Origin: Desulfatiglandales bacterium | GTDB lineage: Bacteria > Desulfobacterota > DSM-4660 > Desulfatiglandales > HGW-15 | Direction: 5' to 3' | Length of the DNA: 64,000 bases | Assembly: GCA_963667015.2 (NCBI GenBank) | Contig: CAXXJJ010000004.1 | Location: forward strand, 1,184,001-1,248,000 | Shown here: one piece after another, positions 39,804-53,378 of the stretch | How the letters are laid out: each line of letters begins with the position of its first letter | Numbering within the stretch: the stretch's first letter is position 1 | Notes under the pieces: generated by a model | Database searches by the model: none | What the model saw: the letters and a program-made list of their open reading frames with translations, nothing else | Told to the model about the DNA's origin: nothing | Translations under genes and position numbers: made by a program

Positions 39804-41627
39804 ATGGACAATAAAAAAACCAACAGTTTTAGTGATGATAATATTTGCCAGATTCTGCTTTCGGAAGGCTTATTAACAAAAGAACAAAACAAGCAGATAC
39901 TTGTCAAAAAAAATCAGATAAAATCAAAACTCGAACAGATAAGGGCTATGCGAAATGCATCGTCAGGATCAAAAGTAAAATCGGGTGCCCCAATCACAAT
40001 CATTGATATTATTGCTTCACTGGATTTTGAAAGGGCGGATGATAGCACCAAGGTGCTTGATGAAGAGACAATTTTTCAGACACTGGCAAAAATCTGGAAG
40101 ATTCCCTTTAAAAAAATAGATCCCTTAAAACTTGACCTTGATTTCATAACAAGCACCCTCCCTCACACATTTGCTTTCAAACACCTTGTTATTCCGATTG
40201 GTGTTAAATCCGGTTATATCATAATAGCAACCCCCAATCCATTTAACATCGAAGCAATGAATGACATTGCGCAGGTTACACACATGAAGGTGAAACCTGT
40301 AATAAGCACAAAAACAGATATCCTGAAACTGATCGGCGAGTTTTATGGATTTAAAAGATCAATTTCTGCTGCTGAAAATCAGTTTGGCGGCCCATCAATT
40401 GATCTTGGCAACCTGGAACAGTTCGTTCGGTTGAGATCATCAGAGGAACTGCTTTCCGACGATCAGCATATAGTAAACGCAGTTGACCATCTTTTCAGCT
40501 ATGCATTTGACCAGAGGGCAAGTGATATTCATATAGAGCCAAAGAGAAATAAAAGTATTGTGAGGATGAGAATCGACGGTGCACTTCATACAGTTTATGA
40601 GTTGCCCAAAAACGTTCATCCTGCGATAACAAGCCGAATAAAAACCATCGCCAGACTGGACATGGCCGAAAAAAGAAAGCCACAGGATGGCAGAATAAAG
40701 CTGGAGAAAGAAGGTATTGAATCGGAAATAAGGGTATCTTCCATCCCGGTAGCCTTTGGGGAAAAAATGGTAATGAGGGTACTCGATCCGGATATATTAC
40801 TTCAGGATCTTGAAACCCTTGGTTTCACGTCGATGGATTTGCTCAGATACCAGCAGTATATCAATCTGCCCCATGGAATAATTCTTGTGTGCGGGCCCAC
40901 AGGAAGTGGTAAATCAACAACACTCTATTCCACTATGAGATATCTCTCAACACCTGAAATTAATATCACTACAGTTGAAGATCCTATTGAAATGGTACAT
41001 GAAGATTTTAATCAGATTGCAGTTCAACCTGCAGTAGGGATTACCTTCGGTTCGATCCTGAGAAATATTTTACGCCAGGACCCTGACATTATTATGATTG
41101 GTGAGATGAGAGATTATGAAACCGCGGAAAATGCTATACAGGCAGCCCTTACAGGACACCTTGTTTTATCAACCCTTCATACAAATGATGCACCATCTTC
41201 TATCATGCGTTTAATTGATCTGGGAGTACCGGCCTTTTTAATAAAAGCAACTTTGGCCGGTATCCTTGCCCAGAGACTTGTTAAAAAAATATGTCCCCAT
41301 TGCAAGGAAACATTTGAAATGAGCACGGATGAACTTCACTCCCTGGGAATTGATATCGAACATAGCGGATCGGTTGAACTTTACAGAGGGAAAGGCTGCA
41401 ACCGTTGCAGAAACACGGGGTACCACGGAAGATGCGGCATTCATGAGGTACTGCCTGTAACAGAAACAGTACAGAGGTTAATTACTCCTGAATCCGATAT
41501 CGGCATGATAAGGGAAACAGCCAGAAAAGAAGGCATGGTAACACTAAGGGAAAATGCTATAAAGAAATTACTCGATGGAACAACCACATACGAAGAGGTC
41601 CTGAGAGTAACCTGGGAGCAGATATAA
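39804..41627 (+). CDS. PilB/GspE family secretion ATPase
   Basis: ASDIHIEP, PQDGR, GPTGSGKSTT, TVEDPIE, LRQDPD.IMIGEMRD, GHLVLSTLHTND, CPHC...CNRC. Confidence 0.92.
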   Translation: MDNKKTNSFSDDNICQILLSEGLLTKEQNKQILVKKNQIKSKLEQIRAMRNASSGSKVKSGAPITIIDIIASLDFERADDSTKVLDEETIFQTLAKIWKIPFKKIDPLKLDLDFITSTLPHTFAFKHLVIPIGVKSGYIIIATPNPFNIEAMNDIAQVTHMKVKPVISTKTDILKLIGEFYGFKRSISAAENQFGGPSIDLGNLEQFVRLRSSEELLSDDQHIVNAVDHLFSYAFDQRASDIHIEPKRNKSIVRMRIDGALHTVYELPKNVHPAITSRIKTIARLDMAEKRKPQDGRIKLEKEGIESEIRVSSIPVAFGEKMVMRVLDPDILLQDLETLGFTSMDLLRYQQYINLPHGIILVCGPTGSGKSTTLYSTMRYLSTPEINITTVEDPIEMVHEDFNQIAVQPAVGITFGSILRNILRQDPDIIMIGEMRDYETAENAIQAALTGHLVLSTLHTNDAPSSIMRLIDLGVPAFLIKATLAGILAQRLVKKICPHCKETFEMSTDELHSLGIDIEHSGSVELYRGKGCNRCRNTGYHGRCGIHEVLPVTETVQRLITPESDIGMIRETARKEGMVTLRENAIKKLLDGTTTYEEVLRVTWEQI

Positions 41628-41638
41628 CAGGCTCAATT

Positions 41639-43333
41639 ATGCTATCACAATTGATCATCTCTGACTTTGCGATTATAAGCCACCTCGAAATCGATTTTAA
41701 AACAGGCCTCAACATCCTTTCAGGTGAAACAGGTGCAGGTAAATCCATAATTATCAATGCGGTCAACCTGATCCTTGGGGCAAGAGCATCCTCTGATCTT
41801 GTAAGAAGCGGTGCTTCGGAAGCAAGAGTTGAGGCACTTTTTCTTCAGCCGGAAAATGATTACCTGTCAAAATTCATGCGCGACAACGATATCCCCTTTA
41901 ATGGTGAAATACTTATCAAACGAACCATTTCAAAAGAGGGTCGAAATAAAATAACTGTTAATAACTCCATCACAAATCTTCAAATCCTTTCTGCCATCGG
42001 TATGATGATTATAAGCATATCAGGCCAGCATGAACACCAGGTATTGTTAAAGCAGGACAATCACCTGCTGCTTCTTGATGATCTTGGTAACCTGACTAAC
42101 GCCAGAAACCGGCTGGCTGAGCTATTCTCTGATTGTGAATCACACAAGAAGAAAATTAAACAGCTTGAAGCGGAAATCACCAATCGGCGTGAAAAACAGG
42201 AATTGTCACTATTCCAGATAAGTGAGATTGATAACGCTGCTTTAAAGGATAATGAAGATAAAGAACTGGAAGAAGAAAAAAAACGTCTTAAAAATGCAGA
42301 ACTAATAAGAAATATAATGGCAGGTTCATACTACAGGATATATGAAAAAGAGGAATCCATCCTGTCTGAAACAGCATTATGTCTCAAGGACATGAAAACA
42401 GGGTCATCTTATGATACCAGGCTATCGAACCTTGTTGAAACACTCGAATCAATAAAGGCCGAGCTTGAAGATGTGTCATTTCAGCTTGGAGATTTGAAGG
42501 ATGACGTTATTATGGACCCGGCAAGACTGGATCAGGTGGAAGAAAGGCTTCAGCTTATAAACAGGCTAAAGAAAAAATATGGACATCAGATTACTGATAT
42601 TCTCGATTTCAGAGAAAATCTTTCCCGACAGGTAAATGATACAGACCATCTAGAAGAAGAGATAAAAAAATATAGGGAAAAATTCAATGTACTATCCGGA
42701 CAATTATTAAGAGAGGCCGATAACCTGTCTGCAGAAAGGAAAAAAGTATCAATGGAAATGAAAAAATCCGTTGAATCTGAGCTGAATCAACTGGAAATGT
42801 CCGGTACAAAATTTAAAGTACATTTTGATAATGATAATATTTCAGAAGATAAAGATCCAACAGAATTATTGCACAGGATAGGGCCTGAAGGATATGACAG
42901 GGTAGAGTTTATGATCTCCACGAACCTGGGTGAAGACTTAAAACCCCTCTCCAAAATAGCATCTGGCGGGGAATTATCCAGAATCATGCTTGCCCTGAAA
43001 ACAATCCTTGCAAGAAAAACCTCTGTGGAGACAGTTATCTTTGATGAGGTGGACGCAGGGATTGCCGGGGCAACAGCAGAGAAAGTTGGTGAAAAAATCC
43101 AGGAACTTTCTCAATATCACCAGATACTCTGCATAACGCACCTTCCACAAATAGCAAGCAAAGGCAAAAATCATTTCCTTGTTAAAAAAAATATAAAAGA
43201 CGGCCGTACACAAACCTTTATCTCAGAACTGAACAGTGACGAGAGGATAAATGAAATTGCTCGATTAATGGGGGGGCGTGTAGTTTCGGATCAGGCCATA
43301 GCCCATGCAAAGGAAATGCTGTCCATAACCTGA
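41639..43333 (+). CDS. recN: DNA repair protein RecN
   Basis: GETGAGKS, GQHEHQ.L, coiled coil, ASGGELSR, IFDEVDAG, ITHLPQIA. Confidence 0.97.
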   Translation: MLSQLIISDFAIISHLEIDFKTGLNILSGETGAGKSIIINAVNLILGARASSDLVRSGASEARVEALFLQPENDYLSKFMRDNDIPFNGEILIKRTISKEGRNKITVNNSITNLQILSAIGMMIISISGQHEHQVLLKQDNHLLLLDDLGNLTNARNRLAELFSDCESHKKKIKQLEAEITNRREKQELSLFQISEIDNAALKDNEDKELEEEKKRLKNAELIRNIMAGSYYRIYEKEESILSETALCLKDMKTGSSYDTRLSNLVETLESIKAELEDVSFQLGDLKDDVIMDPARLDQVEERLQLINRLKKKYGHQITDILDFRENLSRQVNDTDHLEEEIKKYREKFNVLSGQLLREADNLSAERKKVSMEMKKSVESELNQLEMSGTKFKVHFDNDNISEDKDPTELLHRIGPEGYDRVEFMISTNLGEDLKPLSKIASGGELSRIMLALKTILARKTSVETVIFDEVDAGIAGATAEKVGEKIQELSQYHQILCITHLPQIASKGKNHFLVKKNIKDGRTQTFISELNSDERINEIARLMGGRVVSDQAIAHAKEMLSIT

Positions 43334-43392
43334 TCAAAAGTGTTCTTTAGTTTCCAATTAGTGCCTCGAAGCTGTTTATGGATGGGCACTAT

Positions 43393-44337
43393 CTAGTCAT
43401 TAGATCTTTTTACCCTTATAAAAGCGGCATCTTTTATATCTCCATTTATTGTTGCAGCAAGAACAGTTTTATTTTCTGAGAGAGATTTTATCCCCGCTTC
43501 TCCTATTTTTTCTCCAAAGGTATAATACTCGTCTTTATAAAGTGACTCAATTGGTTCGCCTTTTTTATAAACCTCAAATACAGTATTTTCCTTGATACCA
43601 ATATCGGTTCCTGCTTGAATTACTATATTATCATTATCAACAGTAACTTTACTTTCCCAGTGTTGTTTCCTGAGTTTTTCAACCACATCAGAACAAAGTT
43701 TTTTTATTACTGATGAAATATCACTTTTCAGCATGTTATAATCAGGTATCCATTTATCGGCGGCGCCTGTATCTTCTTTTTTTATTTTGATGTTTGCAGT
43801 TCTATCCTCAAAAACAATATATGTGCCATTTACTGTATCCAGTGCATTAATGCTTATTGATACGAGGACCTTGTAACTATCTTTCCTGAGAGGCCATATG
43901 CCTGTCCTTTTTTCAGTAACTTCTATAGGATTAACAATGCAGGTTAAAAAGATATTCATCCCCATTTCCTCTGCCGTTTTTACATATTCCGGGTTGGTGA
44001 CAGTTCCATATTGCTTTAACAACGACACTGACTCGCCATCACCTATTTTTTTTACTGATGTGATAAGGAGATACTTGTCTTTAGAGAGATATGAAATACA
44101 ATCCTGTTTTATTTCTTCAGCCTGTAAATCACTAAACCCTGCTTTGTTTATAACAGGTGCAATCAATATTTTTTTCTTCAAAACCGGTTTTTCATCAGGA
44201 AGAATCAAGTCTGAAAAAGAATCAACAGCTATTGAACTTACTTCATATACATCCCGGCCTGCGCTGCATGAAAGGGTGGAGATTAATGCAATCAGCACAA
44301 TCAGAATTAATAATTTCCTGAAATCACCTGTCTTCAT
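43393..44337 (-). CDS. Hypothetical lipoprotein (C-terminus reminiscent of FlgT-C)
   Basis: Lipobox TLSC; IVIQAGTDIGIKENTVFEVY. Confidence 0.65.
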   Translation of the reverse strand: MKTGDFRKLLILIVLIALISTLSCSAGRDVYEVSSIAVDSFSDLILPDEKPVLKKKILIAPVINKAGFSDLQAEEIKQDCISYLSKDKYLLITSVKKIGDGESVSLLKQYGTVTNPEYVKTAEEMGMNIFLTCIVNPIEVTEKRTGIWPLRKDSYKVLVSISINALDTVNGTYIVFEDRTANIKIKKEDTGAADKWIPDYNMLKSDISSVIKKLCSDVVEKLRKQHWESKVTVDNDNIVIQAGTDIGIKENTVFEVYKKGEPIESLYKDEYYTFGEKIGEAGIKSLSENKTVLAATINGDIKDAAFIRVKRSND

Positions 44338-44395
44338 TTATAAAAATCCTCCATATACTGCATTATTTATTTGTTAGTGCTTAACAGTTTCAATG

Positions 44396-44674
44396 TTAAA
44401 AAACAATATTAAATGAATCATATTCATTTCTGAATTCCTGTGAAGTTTCTGTTATTTTACTTACTGCTGCATAGGGAGGGCCTTCATGGCACCACTCAAC
44501 GAATTTTCGTATATTTTCATCAGGACCTTCAGCAATAATTTCTACTGCTCCATCTGACCTGTTTTTTACCCAGCCCTTAATTTCAAGTTCTGCAGCTTTA
44601 ATCCTGGTCGAGTCCCGATAACAGACCCTCTGCACCCTTCCCTCCACAATCAGGTGAATTCTGACATTTTTCAT
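44396..44674 (-). CDS. acyP: Acylphosphatase
   Basis: GRVQRVCYR, GWVKN..DG.VE, GPP.A.V. Confidence 0.92.
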   Translation of the reverse strand: MKNVRIHLIVEGRVQRVCYRDSTRIKAAELEIKGWVKNRSDGAVEIIAEGPDENIRKFVEWCHEGPPYAAVSKITETSQEFRNEYDSFNIVF

Positions 44675-44710
44675 AACTCATTCCTCTCTTTTAATCAGGA
44701 GAAAAAAACT

Positions 44711-46726
<2,016 letters not shown>

Positions 46727-46989
46727 TCATTACCTTTTCATGCATTATTATTGGATGTTCTTTTAAAACAGTGTTACTAATTATGAGATAATTTACTGCA
46801 GGCTATTAGCAAAAAACGATCAAAAAGTCACTTAAAGTATTATATGCCGCAAATTTTGAAAAATTAATATTATTTATAAATCATTTAAATTAATATTTTA
46901 AATATATTTAAAAGTATGCTAGGATAGGTAGTATTATTTAATAGTGTTACTTTTTAATTGCCTATTTAATATAATAACTAATTTTTTTA

Positions 46990-47019
46990 TTGACAAAATA
47001 CCTTCTTAACTTCTATTCT
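46990..47019 (+). promoter_or_regulatory. Sigma70 promoter of the ffh operon
   Basis: TTGACA-N18-TATTCT. Confidence 0.55.
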
Positions 47020-47054
47020 AAGCGTTTACTACTTTAGGCGTTTAATACAATATT

Positions 47055-48380
47055 ATGTTTGATAATTTATCTGATAAACTAAATCTTGTTTTTAAAAAAG
47101 TAAGAGGGCACGGCAAACTGAGTGAGAAAAACATTCAGGATGCACTCAAGGAAGTGCGGTTAGCACTTCTTGAAGCTGATGTAAACTATAAAGTAGTAAA
47201 AGACCTGATAGGCAACATAAGGGAACGGGCTGTCGGCAAAGAAGTACTGGACAGCTTAACTCCCGGCCAACAGGTTATTAAGATAGTCAATGAGGAACTT
47301 GCCCAACTGATGGGAGGCTCCAGACAGGAGCTGCAGCTCACAGGCAGGACACCCTTTGTGATTATGCTGGTAGGCTTGCAGGGCTCAGGTAAAACAACAA
47401 CCTGTGGTAAACTGGCCCTTCATTTAAGAAAACAGGGGAGAAACCCCTTTTTAGTACCGGCAGATATTTACAGGCCGGCAGCAATTGATCAGTTAAAAAA
47501 GCTGGGAGCCCAGATTAACATCCCGGTTTATTCTTCTGATAAAAAGCTAAACCCTGTTGACATATGTATCAACGCATTGTCGCAGGCAGGTAAAAACGGC
47601 TCAGATGTATTATTGATTGATACGGCAGGAAGACTTCATATTGACGAAGTTCTCATGGATGAGCTTGTTTCCATAAAAAATAAGATTCGCCCTGTTGAGA
47701 TCCTGTTTGTTGCCGATGCAATGACAGGTCAGGACGCTGTAAACGTTGCCGGAGAATTTGATCGAACGCTTGATATTACAGGCATAATCCTTACTAAAAT
47801 GGAAGGTGATGCCAGGGGTGGTGCAGCCCTTTCGATTAAAGCTGTAACAGGTAAACCTCTTAAGTTTATTGGTATTGGTGAAAAACTGGATGCGCTTGAG
47901 GCATTTTATCCCGATAGAATGGCATCAAGGATTCTTGGAATGGGAGATGTACTGTCTCTCATTGAAAAAGCTCAGGAAGAGTTCGATCAAAAAGAAGCTC
48001 TCTTACTGGAAAAAAAGCTTAAAAAGAAAAAATTCGACCTGGAAGATTTTAAAAAACAGCTTAAGCAGGTCAAAAAGCTTGGGCCGCTGGATCAATTACT
48101 TGGAATGATACCCGGCATGGGGCAAATAAAACAGCTTAAAAATCTAAAACCGGATGAGAGAGAGCTGGTAAAAATAGAGGCAATAATAGATTCAATGACA
48201 AAAAAAGAGCGGGCAAACTACAAAATCATCAACGGAAGCAGAAGAAAAAGAATTGCCCTTGGGAGCGGGACTAAAGTACAGGATATAAACCGTCTTCTTA
48301 AAAACTTTGCTCAAATGAAAAAGATGATGGAAAAAATAACAAGTAAAGGGATACCTAATCTGCCGGGATTGTTCGGCTGA
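47055..48380 (+). CDS. ffh: Signal recognition particle protein
   Basis: GLQGSGKTT, DTAGR, TKMEGDARGGAALS, M domain (SRRKRIA.GSG). Confidence 0.98.
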   Translation: MFDNLSDKLNLVFKKVRGHGKLSEKNIQDALKEVRLALLEADVNYKVVKDLIGNIRERAVGKEVLDSLTPGQQVIKIVNEELAQLMGGSRQELQLTGRTPFVIMLVGLQGSGKTTTCGKLALHLRKQGRNPFLVPADIYRPAAIDQLKKLGAQINIPVYSSDKKLNPVDICINALSQAGKNGSDVLLIDTAGRLHIDEVLMDELVSIKNKIRPVEILFVADAMTGQDAVNVAGEFDRTLDITGIILTKMEGDARGGAALSIKAVTGKPLKFIGIGEKLDALEAFYPDRMASRILGMGDVLSLIEKAQEEFDQKEALLLEKKLKKKKFDLEDFKKQLKQVKKLGPLDQLLGMIPGMGQIKQLKNLKPDERELVKIEAIIDSMTKKERANYKIINGSRRKRIALGSGTKVQDINRLLKNFAQMKKMMEKITSKGIPNLPGLFG

Positions 48381-48427
48381 TTATTTTTCGTATTAATAAT
48401 TATTTTTAGGGGGTGATAGCTAAAAAA

Positions 48428-48667
48428 ATGGCTGTTAGAATTAGATTAACAAGAAAAGGTTCTAAAAAGAAACCGTATTACAGAGTGGTAGCGGCTGATT
48501 CTGAGGCGCCTAGAGATGGCAGATTTCTTGATATTCTCGGATCCTACAATCCGATGAAAGAACCTGCTGAAATAAGTCTCGACCGTGACAAAGTTAACAA
48601 ATGGCTTGAAAACGGTGCATTGGCTTCAGATTCTGTCAAGACGATTTTAAAAAAAGAGGGGTTTTAG
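48428..48667 (+). CDS. rpsP: 30S ribosomal protein S16
   Basis: MAVRIRLTRKG.KKKPYYRVVAADS..PRDGRF. Confidence 0.98.
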   Translation: MAVRIRLTRKGSKKKPYYRVVAADSEAPRDGRFLDILGSYNPMKEPAEISLDRDKVNKWLENGALASDSVKTILKKEGF

Positions 48668-48725
48668 GTTACTACAACAATTACAAACTGACGTGATGTC
48701 CTGTTGAATCCAAGGAGGTGGCTTT

Positions 48726-48962
48726 ATGGAAATGAAGAACTTGATCGAGTATATTTCTAAAGCGTTGGTAGACAAACCTGAGGAAGTAATCGTCACAGAG
48801 ATAGAGGGTGAACAGACCTCTGTTATTGAACTTAAGGTTGCCAAAGAAGACCTGGGGAAGGTCATTGGCAAGCAGGGAAGAACAGCACGCGCAATGAGAA
48901 CAATTCTCAGCGCTTCTTCCACAAAGCTTAAAAAGAGATCTGTGCTGGAGATAATTGAATAG
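48726..48962 (+). CDS. khpA: KH-domain RNA-binding protein KhpA
   Basis: [17 protein letters not shown]; between rpsP and rimM. Confidence 0.95.
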   Translation: MEMKNLIEYISKALVDKPEEVIVTEIEGEQTSVIELKVAKEDLGKVIGKQGRTARAMRTILSASSTKLKKRSVLEIIE

Positions 48963-49500
48963 TTCAAATAAGGTCTCCTCTGAAAAACTGCTCCTTGTTG
49001 GAAAAGTAATTAAACCACACGGTTTCAAAGGACTCATCCGGGTTTGGTCCTATGCCCGTACTATTGATTCCTTTCGTCACTCAGGAACGGTTTTTTTTAA
49101 ACAGGAACATCAGGAACCGATTGAATATGCGGTTCTTGATGTTAATCCCCATAAGAATATCTTTCTGATGCGTGTTGAAGGAATTGACACCTTTGAGAAG
49201 GCAGATAGCTTTAAGGGCGCAGATATCCTCATTAAAAAAGACCTGCTGACAAGGAACAGTGATGGAGAATATTACTGGTTCGAGCTTATAGATCTTAAGG
49301 TTTATCTGGACACGGGCAAATACCTGGGCATTATCAAAGAAATTATCCCCACCGGAAGCAACGATGTTTATGTAGTTAAGCAGAATGATTCCGAATTTCT
49401 TATACCTGCCATATATGATGTAGTAAAAAAGATAGATCTGGACAAAGGGGAAATGATTATTACAGCAATGGACGGGCTGCTTGATCTAAATGAAGTTTAA
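48955..49500 (+). CDS. rimM: Ribosome maturation factor RimM
   Basis: [32 protein letters not shown]. Confidence 0.95.
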   Translation: MNSSNKVSSEKLLLVGKVIKPHGFKGLIRVWSYARTIDSFRHSGTVFFKQEHQEPIEYAVLDVNPHKNIFLMRVEGIDTFEKADSFKGADILIKKDLLTRNSDGEYYWFELIDLKVYLDTGKYLGIIKEIIPTGSNDVYVVKQNDSEFLIPAIYDVVKKIDLDKGEMIITAMDGLLDLNEV

Positions 49501-50212
49501 CATTCTAACGCTGTTTCCCGGACTTATTTTCCCTTTTCTGGATGAAGGTGTCCTGGGGCGCTCCATAAAAAAAGGTATTTTGAGTGTTGATGTTATTGAC
49601 ATACGCTCTTTTGCCAGGGGCAGGCATAAAATAACTGATGACAGGCCCTTTGGTGGCGGAAGTGGTATGGTCATGAAACCGGGACCAATCTACAGGGCGC
49701 TAAAATCAATTGACATGGAAGCAAGATCGATGACTATCCTGCTTTCTCCACAGGGTGTAAAATTCGATCAACCCATGGCCTGGAAACTGGCCGACTATGA
49801 TCAGATAACGCTGATATGCGGCAGATATGAAGGGGTTGATGAACGCATTATTTCTAACCATGTGGATATGGAACTGTCTGTAGGGGATTATGTTCTAAGC
49901 GGCGGAGAGATCGGTGCGCTGATAGTTTTTGATGCGGTAGCAAGACTTGTACCCGGTGTTCTGGGTTGTGAGCATTCCAACAAAGAAGACTCATTTGAGG
50001 GAGGACTGCTGGAACACCCGCAGTATACAAGACCCAGGGTATTTAACGGTGAAGAGGTCCCTGAAATCCTTCTTTCCGGTGATCATGAGAAGATAAGGCG
50101 CTGGAGGCGGGAACAGTCATTGATGCGTACTAAATCAAAAAGGCCCGACCTTTTAGAAGGTGCTGTTTTAAGTAAAGAAGACAGGGATATATTATCAACC
50201 AAAAAGAAATAG
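49490..50212 (+). CDS. trmD: tRNA (guanine37-N1)-methyltransferase
   Basis: [43 protein letters not shown]. Confidence 0.98.
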   Translation: MKFNILTLFPGLIFPFLDEGVLGRSIKKGILSVDVIDIRSFARGRHKITDDRPFGGGSGMVMKPGPIYRALKSIDMEARSMTILLSPQGVKFDQPMAWKLADYDQITLICGRYEGVDERIISNHVDMELSVGDYVLSGGEIGALIVFDAVARLVPGVLGCEHSNKEDSFEGGLLEHPQYTRPRVFNGEEVPEILLSGDHEKIRRWRREQSLMRTKSKRPDLLEGAVLSKEDRDILSTKKK

Positions 50213-50278
50213 GACATATTTCAAACTTGAGCAGACCGGGTTCATGTATTTTGAAAATGTCAGGACAGTTATTTTTAA

Positions 50279-50836
50279 ATGAGGCTTTATACAGGATTAG
50301 TTCATTACCCCGTATACAATAAAAACAGGGAAAAAATCGCCTCGGCAGTAACAAACCTTGACCTTCATGATATATCAAGGGTTTCAAGGACATATGGTGT
50401 AAAAACCTTTTTTGTTATTACCCCCCTGACAGATCAGCAGGATTTTACAAAAAGCCTTATAAATCACTGGAAATCGGGATTTGGGGCCAGTTATAATGTT
50501 GACAGAAAAGAGGCAATTGAGGTAATAGAGATAACCGCATCGATAGAGGCGGCTACGAATAAAATAGCTGATAATGAAGGGGAAAAACCTGTTATCATAG
50601 CTACATGCGCTTCAGAGGTAAAAGACGCTATTACCTTCAGTAAGGCAAAAGAAATTATTGGCAGCAATAAAGCGGTTTTTTTATTATTCGGAACGGCATG
50701 GGGCCTTCATAACGATGTGATTGACAGTGCCGATTTTGTTCTTAAGGCGGTTGAGGGAAACAGTAATTATAATCATCTCTCAGTAAGGGCTGCAGCAGGA
50801 ATTATTATTGATCGCCTGACAGGGCATTACATTTGA
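50279..50836 (+). CDS. SPOUT RNA methyltransferase (Methyltrn_RNA_4-like)
   Basis: LVHYPVYNK, TNLDLHDISR, FGTAWGL, YNHLSVRAA. Confidence 0.9.
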   Translation: MRLYTGLVHYPVYNKNREKIASAVTNLDLHDISRVSRTYGVKTFFVITPLTDQQDFTKSLINHWKSGFGASYNVDRKEAIEVIEITASIEAATNKIADNEGEKPVIIATCASEVKDAITFSKAKEIIGSNKAVFLLFGTAWGLHNDVIDSADFVLKAVEGNSNYNHLSVRAAAGIIIDRLTGHYI

Positions 50837-50921
50837 AAACATTAAACTGCTTTTCACCGAAAAGGCAGTATTTCTATAGATTTATAAGTGATTAACAGTC
50901 ACTGGATTTCAGGAGGATATA

Positions 50922-51266
50922 ATGTCTAACATTATTGAAAGCATTGATAGAGAACAGATGAGAGTAGATATCCCTGATTTTAAAGCCGGGGATACAATCA
51001 AGGTTCATGCCAGGATTAAGGAAGGCGAAAAGGAAAGAATACAGGTCTTTCAGGGTTTTGTCATTCGCAAAAGAAGAGGAACTACCGGCGCAACATTTAC
51101 AGTAAGAAAAATATCCTACGGTATCGGAGTTGAAAGAATATTCCCTCTTCACTCACCCACTATCGATAAAATAGAAGTTGTTTCCAGAGGTAGGGTCAGA
51201 AGAGGAAAACTCTACTATATGAGAAAGCTGAAAGGTAAAGCTGCCCGTATTAAAGAAAAAAGGTAG
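50922..51266 (+). CDS. rplS: 50S ribosomal protein L19
   Basis: [40 protein letters not shown]. Confidence 0.98.
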   Translation: MSNIIESIDREQMRVDIPDFKAGDTIKVHARIKEGEKERIQVFQGFVIRKRRGTTGATFTVRKISYGIGVERIFPLHSPTIDKIEVVSRGRVRRGKLYYMRKLKGKAARIKEKR

Positions 51267-51283
51267 ATAATCCGGCAAAAAAA

Positions 51284-51934
51284 TTGGTAAAAGCCAGCAA
51301 AAACCTGTCTTTGTTCCAAGATTTCAATCCCTGTGAGGCTGTTGATCCATTATTTTTTGAGTCAGCAGCCTTTGAGCAGGGATACAGCATTATTGCAGGA
51401 GTTGATGAAGCAGGCAGAGGCCCTCTTGCAGGTCCTGTTGTTGCAGCTGCAGTGGTTTTACCCTCAGGAATTACCCTTCCCGGTATTAAAGATTCAAAAA
51501 AAATGACTGAAAAAGCCAGGATAAAGGCTTTTCCAGATATAATTAATTCTGCCGAGACAATAGGGATTGGCGTTGTTTCTCATTCATACATTGATGAATA
51601 CAACATCCTCAAAGCATCTCTGGAGGCAATGAAACAGGCAGTTGAAAACCTTGATACTTTACCGGAATATCTGCTTGTAGACGGTATTTTTAAAATTCCC
51701 ATGCCGCTGCCTCAGAAATGCATAAAAAAAGGTGACCAGCTAAGCCACAGCATTTCTGCATCTTCAATAGTCGCCAAGGTATATCGTGACAGAATTATGC
51801 ATTCATATCATTCGATTTATCCCGAGTATGGTTTTTCCGATAACAAGGGGTACGGCACTGCAAAGCATCTTGAGGCATTAAAAAAATTCGGACCGTGCCC
51901 TGTTCATAGATCAACTTTCAGAGGTGTCTGCTGA
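51284..51934 (+). CDS. rnhB: Ribonuclease HII
   Basis: GVDEAGRGPLAGPV, DSKK, KGD, AKV.RD, KGYGT, HRSTF. Confidence 0.97.
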   Translation: MVKASKNLSLFQDFNPCEAVDPLFFESAAFEQGYSIIAGVDEAGRGPLAGPVVAAAVVLPSGITLPGIKDSKKMTEKARIKAFPDIINSAETIGIGVVSHSYIDEYNILKASLEAMKQAVENLDTLPEYLLVDGIFKIPMPLPQKCIKKGDQLSHSISASSIVAKVYRDRIMHSYHSIYPEYGFSDNKGYGTAKHLEALKKFGPCPVHRSTFRGVC

Positions 51935-52302
51935 TGACAAAAGAACGGCTTGACCTGGGAAAAGCCGGTGAAGATATTGCCTTTAAAAGAATCAAAAAAC
52001 TTGGATACAAGTGCATTGAAAGAAACTATAAATGCACCCTGGGAGAAATAGACCTGATTGCCAGGCATGGTGATTGCCTTGTTTTTATTGAAATAAAGAC
52101 CAGAAAAGGCAGAGATACAGGCTATGCCAAAGAGGCCGTAAACCTTAGAAAAATGCGGCAAATTTCTAAGACCGCCCTGAATTATATGAAAGAAAATGAC
52201 TGTTATGATACTAAATCCCGGTTTGATGTTGTAGCAGTAAGTATAAACAATGGAAAGCCGGATATTGAAGTAATACAGAATGCATTTGAGCTGGTATATT
52301 AG
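51934..52302 (+). CDS. yraN: YraN (UPF0102) family endonuclease-like protein
   Basis: G..GE..A, ERNY, GEIDLI, FIEIKTR, RFDVV. Confidence 0.93.
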   Translation: MTKERLDLGKAGEDIAFKRIKKLGYKCIERNYKCTLGEIDLIARHGDCLVFIEIKTRKGRDTGYAKEAVNLRKMRQISKTALNYMKENDCYDTKSRFDVVAVSINNGKPDIEVIQNAFELVY

Positions 52303-52334
52303 CAATTTTATAATTACTGAGATAATATAAATCA

Positions 52335-53207
52335 ATGAATTCACATAAATCGGAAATAGCTGAACCTGGAACTTTATATATCGTCTCTACCCCCATAGGC
52401 AACCTTGAAGATATTACGCTGAGGGCATTAAAAACCTTAAAAAGTGTAGATATTATAGCAGCAGAAAGCACCAACCATACAAGGGGTCTGTGCAGCCATT
52501 ATGAAATAAAGACAAAGCTGATAAGTTATAACCAGCATAACCACAAATCCAGGGCTCCAGGATTGATCAACAGGCTTAATAACGGAGAAAGTATAGCTCT
52601 TGTTACATGTGCGGGAACACCGGCAGTGTCGGACCCCGGTGCTCTGCTTATAAAAATGGCCTGTGAACATGGAGTAAAAGTAACACCCATACCGGGCGCA
52701 TCAGCAGCGCTTGCCGCGCTTGTTGCCTGCGGATTAAAGATAGACAGATTCCTTTTTACAGGTTTTTTGAGCAATAAGGCGGGAAAAAGGAAAAAAGAGC
52801 TCAAAGAGCTTGCAAACGAAAATAAAGCAATTATATTTTACGAAGCTCCACATCGGGTCTTGTCCTTTTTAGAACAAATCCATGAAATATTCGGTAATAG
52901 AAATATCGTTGTACTCAGGGAATTAACAAAAGCCCATGAAGAGATACTGAGAGGAAATGTTGAGGAGATCCTGGCTCAACTGTCACAAAGAGAGCTGAGA
53001 GGTGAATTTACAATAATCACAGAAGGCATGGAAAAGAACAGGTCAGATGACGAGATATCCGATGAAATGAGAGATGCCATTAGATCAATGCTGGACCGGA
53101 ATAAAAGCGTAAAAGATATCGCAAACTCAATATCTGACAGCCATAAACTCAAATACAGAACAGTATATAAAGAAGCCCTTGAATTAAAGCGCAGAACGGA
53201 AATCTGA
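52335..53207 (+). CDS. rsmI: 16S rRNA (cytidine1402-2'-O)-methyltransferase
   Basis: LYIVSTPIGNLEDITLRA, AGTPAVSDPG, PIPGASA, YEAPHR, RELTK.HEE, RGE. Confidence 0.96.
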   Translation: MNSHKSEIAEPGTLYIVSTPIGNLEDITLRALKTLKSVDIIAAESTNHTRGLCSHYEIKTKLISYNQHNHKSRAPGLINRLNNGESIALVTCAGTPAVSDPGALLIKMACEHGVKVTPIPGASAALAALVACGLKIDRFLFTGFLSNKAGKRKKELKELANENKAIIFYEAPHRVLSFLEQIHEIFGNRNIVVLRELTKAHEEILRGNVEEILAQLSQRELRGEFTIITEGMEKNRSDDEISDEMRDAIRSMLDRNKSVKDIANSISDSHKLKYRTVYKEALELKRRTEI

Positions 53208-53378
53208 CAGGCATGGACAATTATTTTATTGGTTTTTCTCCTTTATACATATGGACAAAAAATTATTTTTAGAATATACAAATTATGTCAATTATAAGTT
53301 TTTGAGCACAATAAGCAGGATGTCATCCAGAAATATTACATCTGTTATCATTAATCCTTTTTGTTAATAAATCCGGTA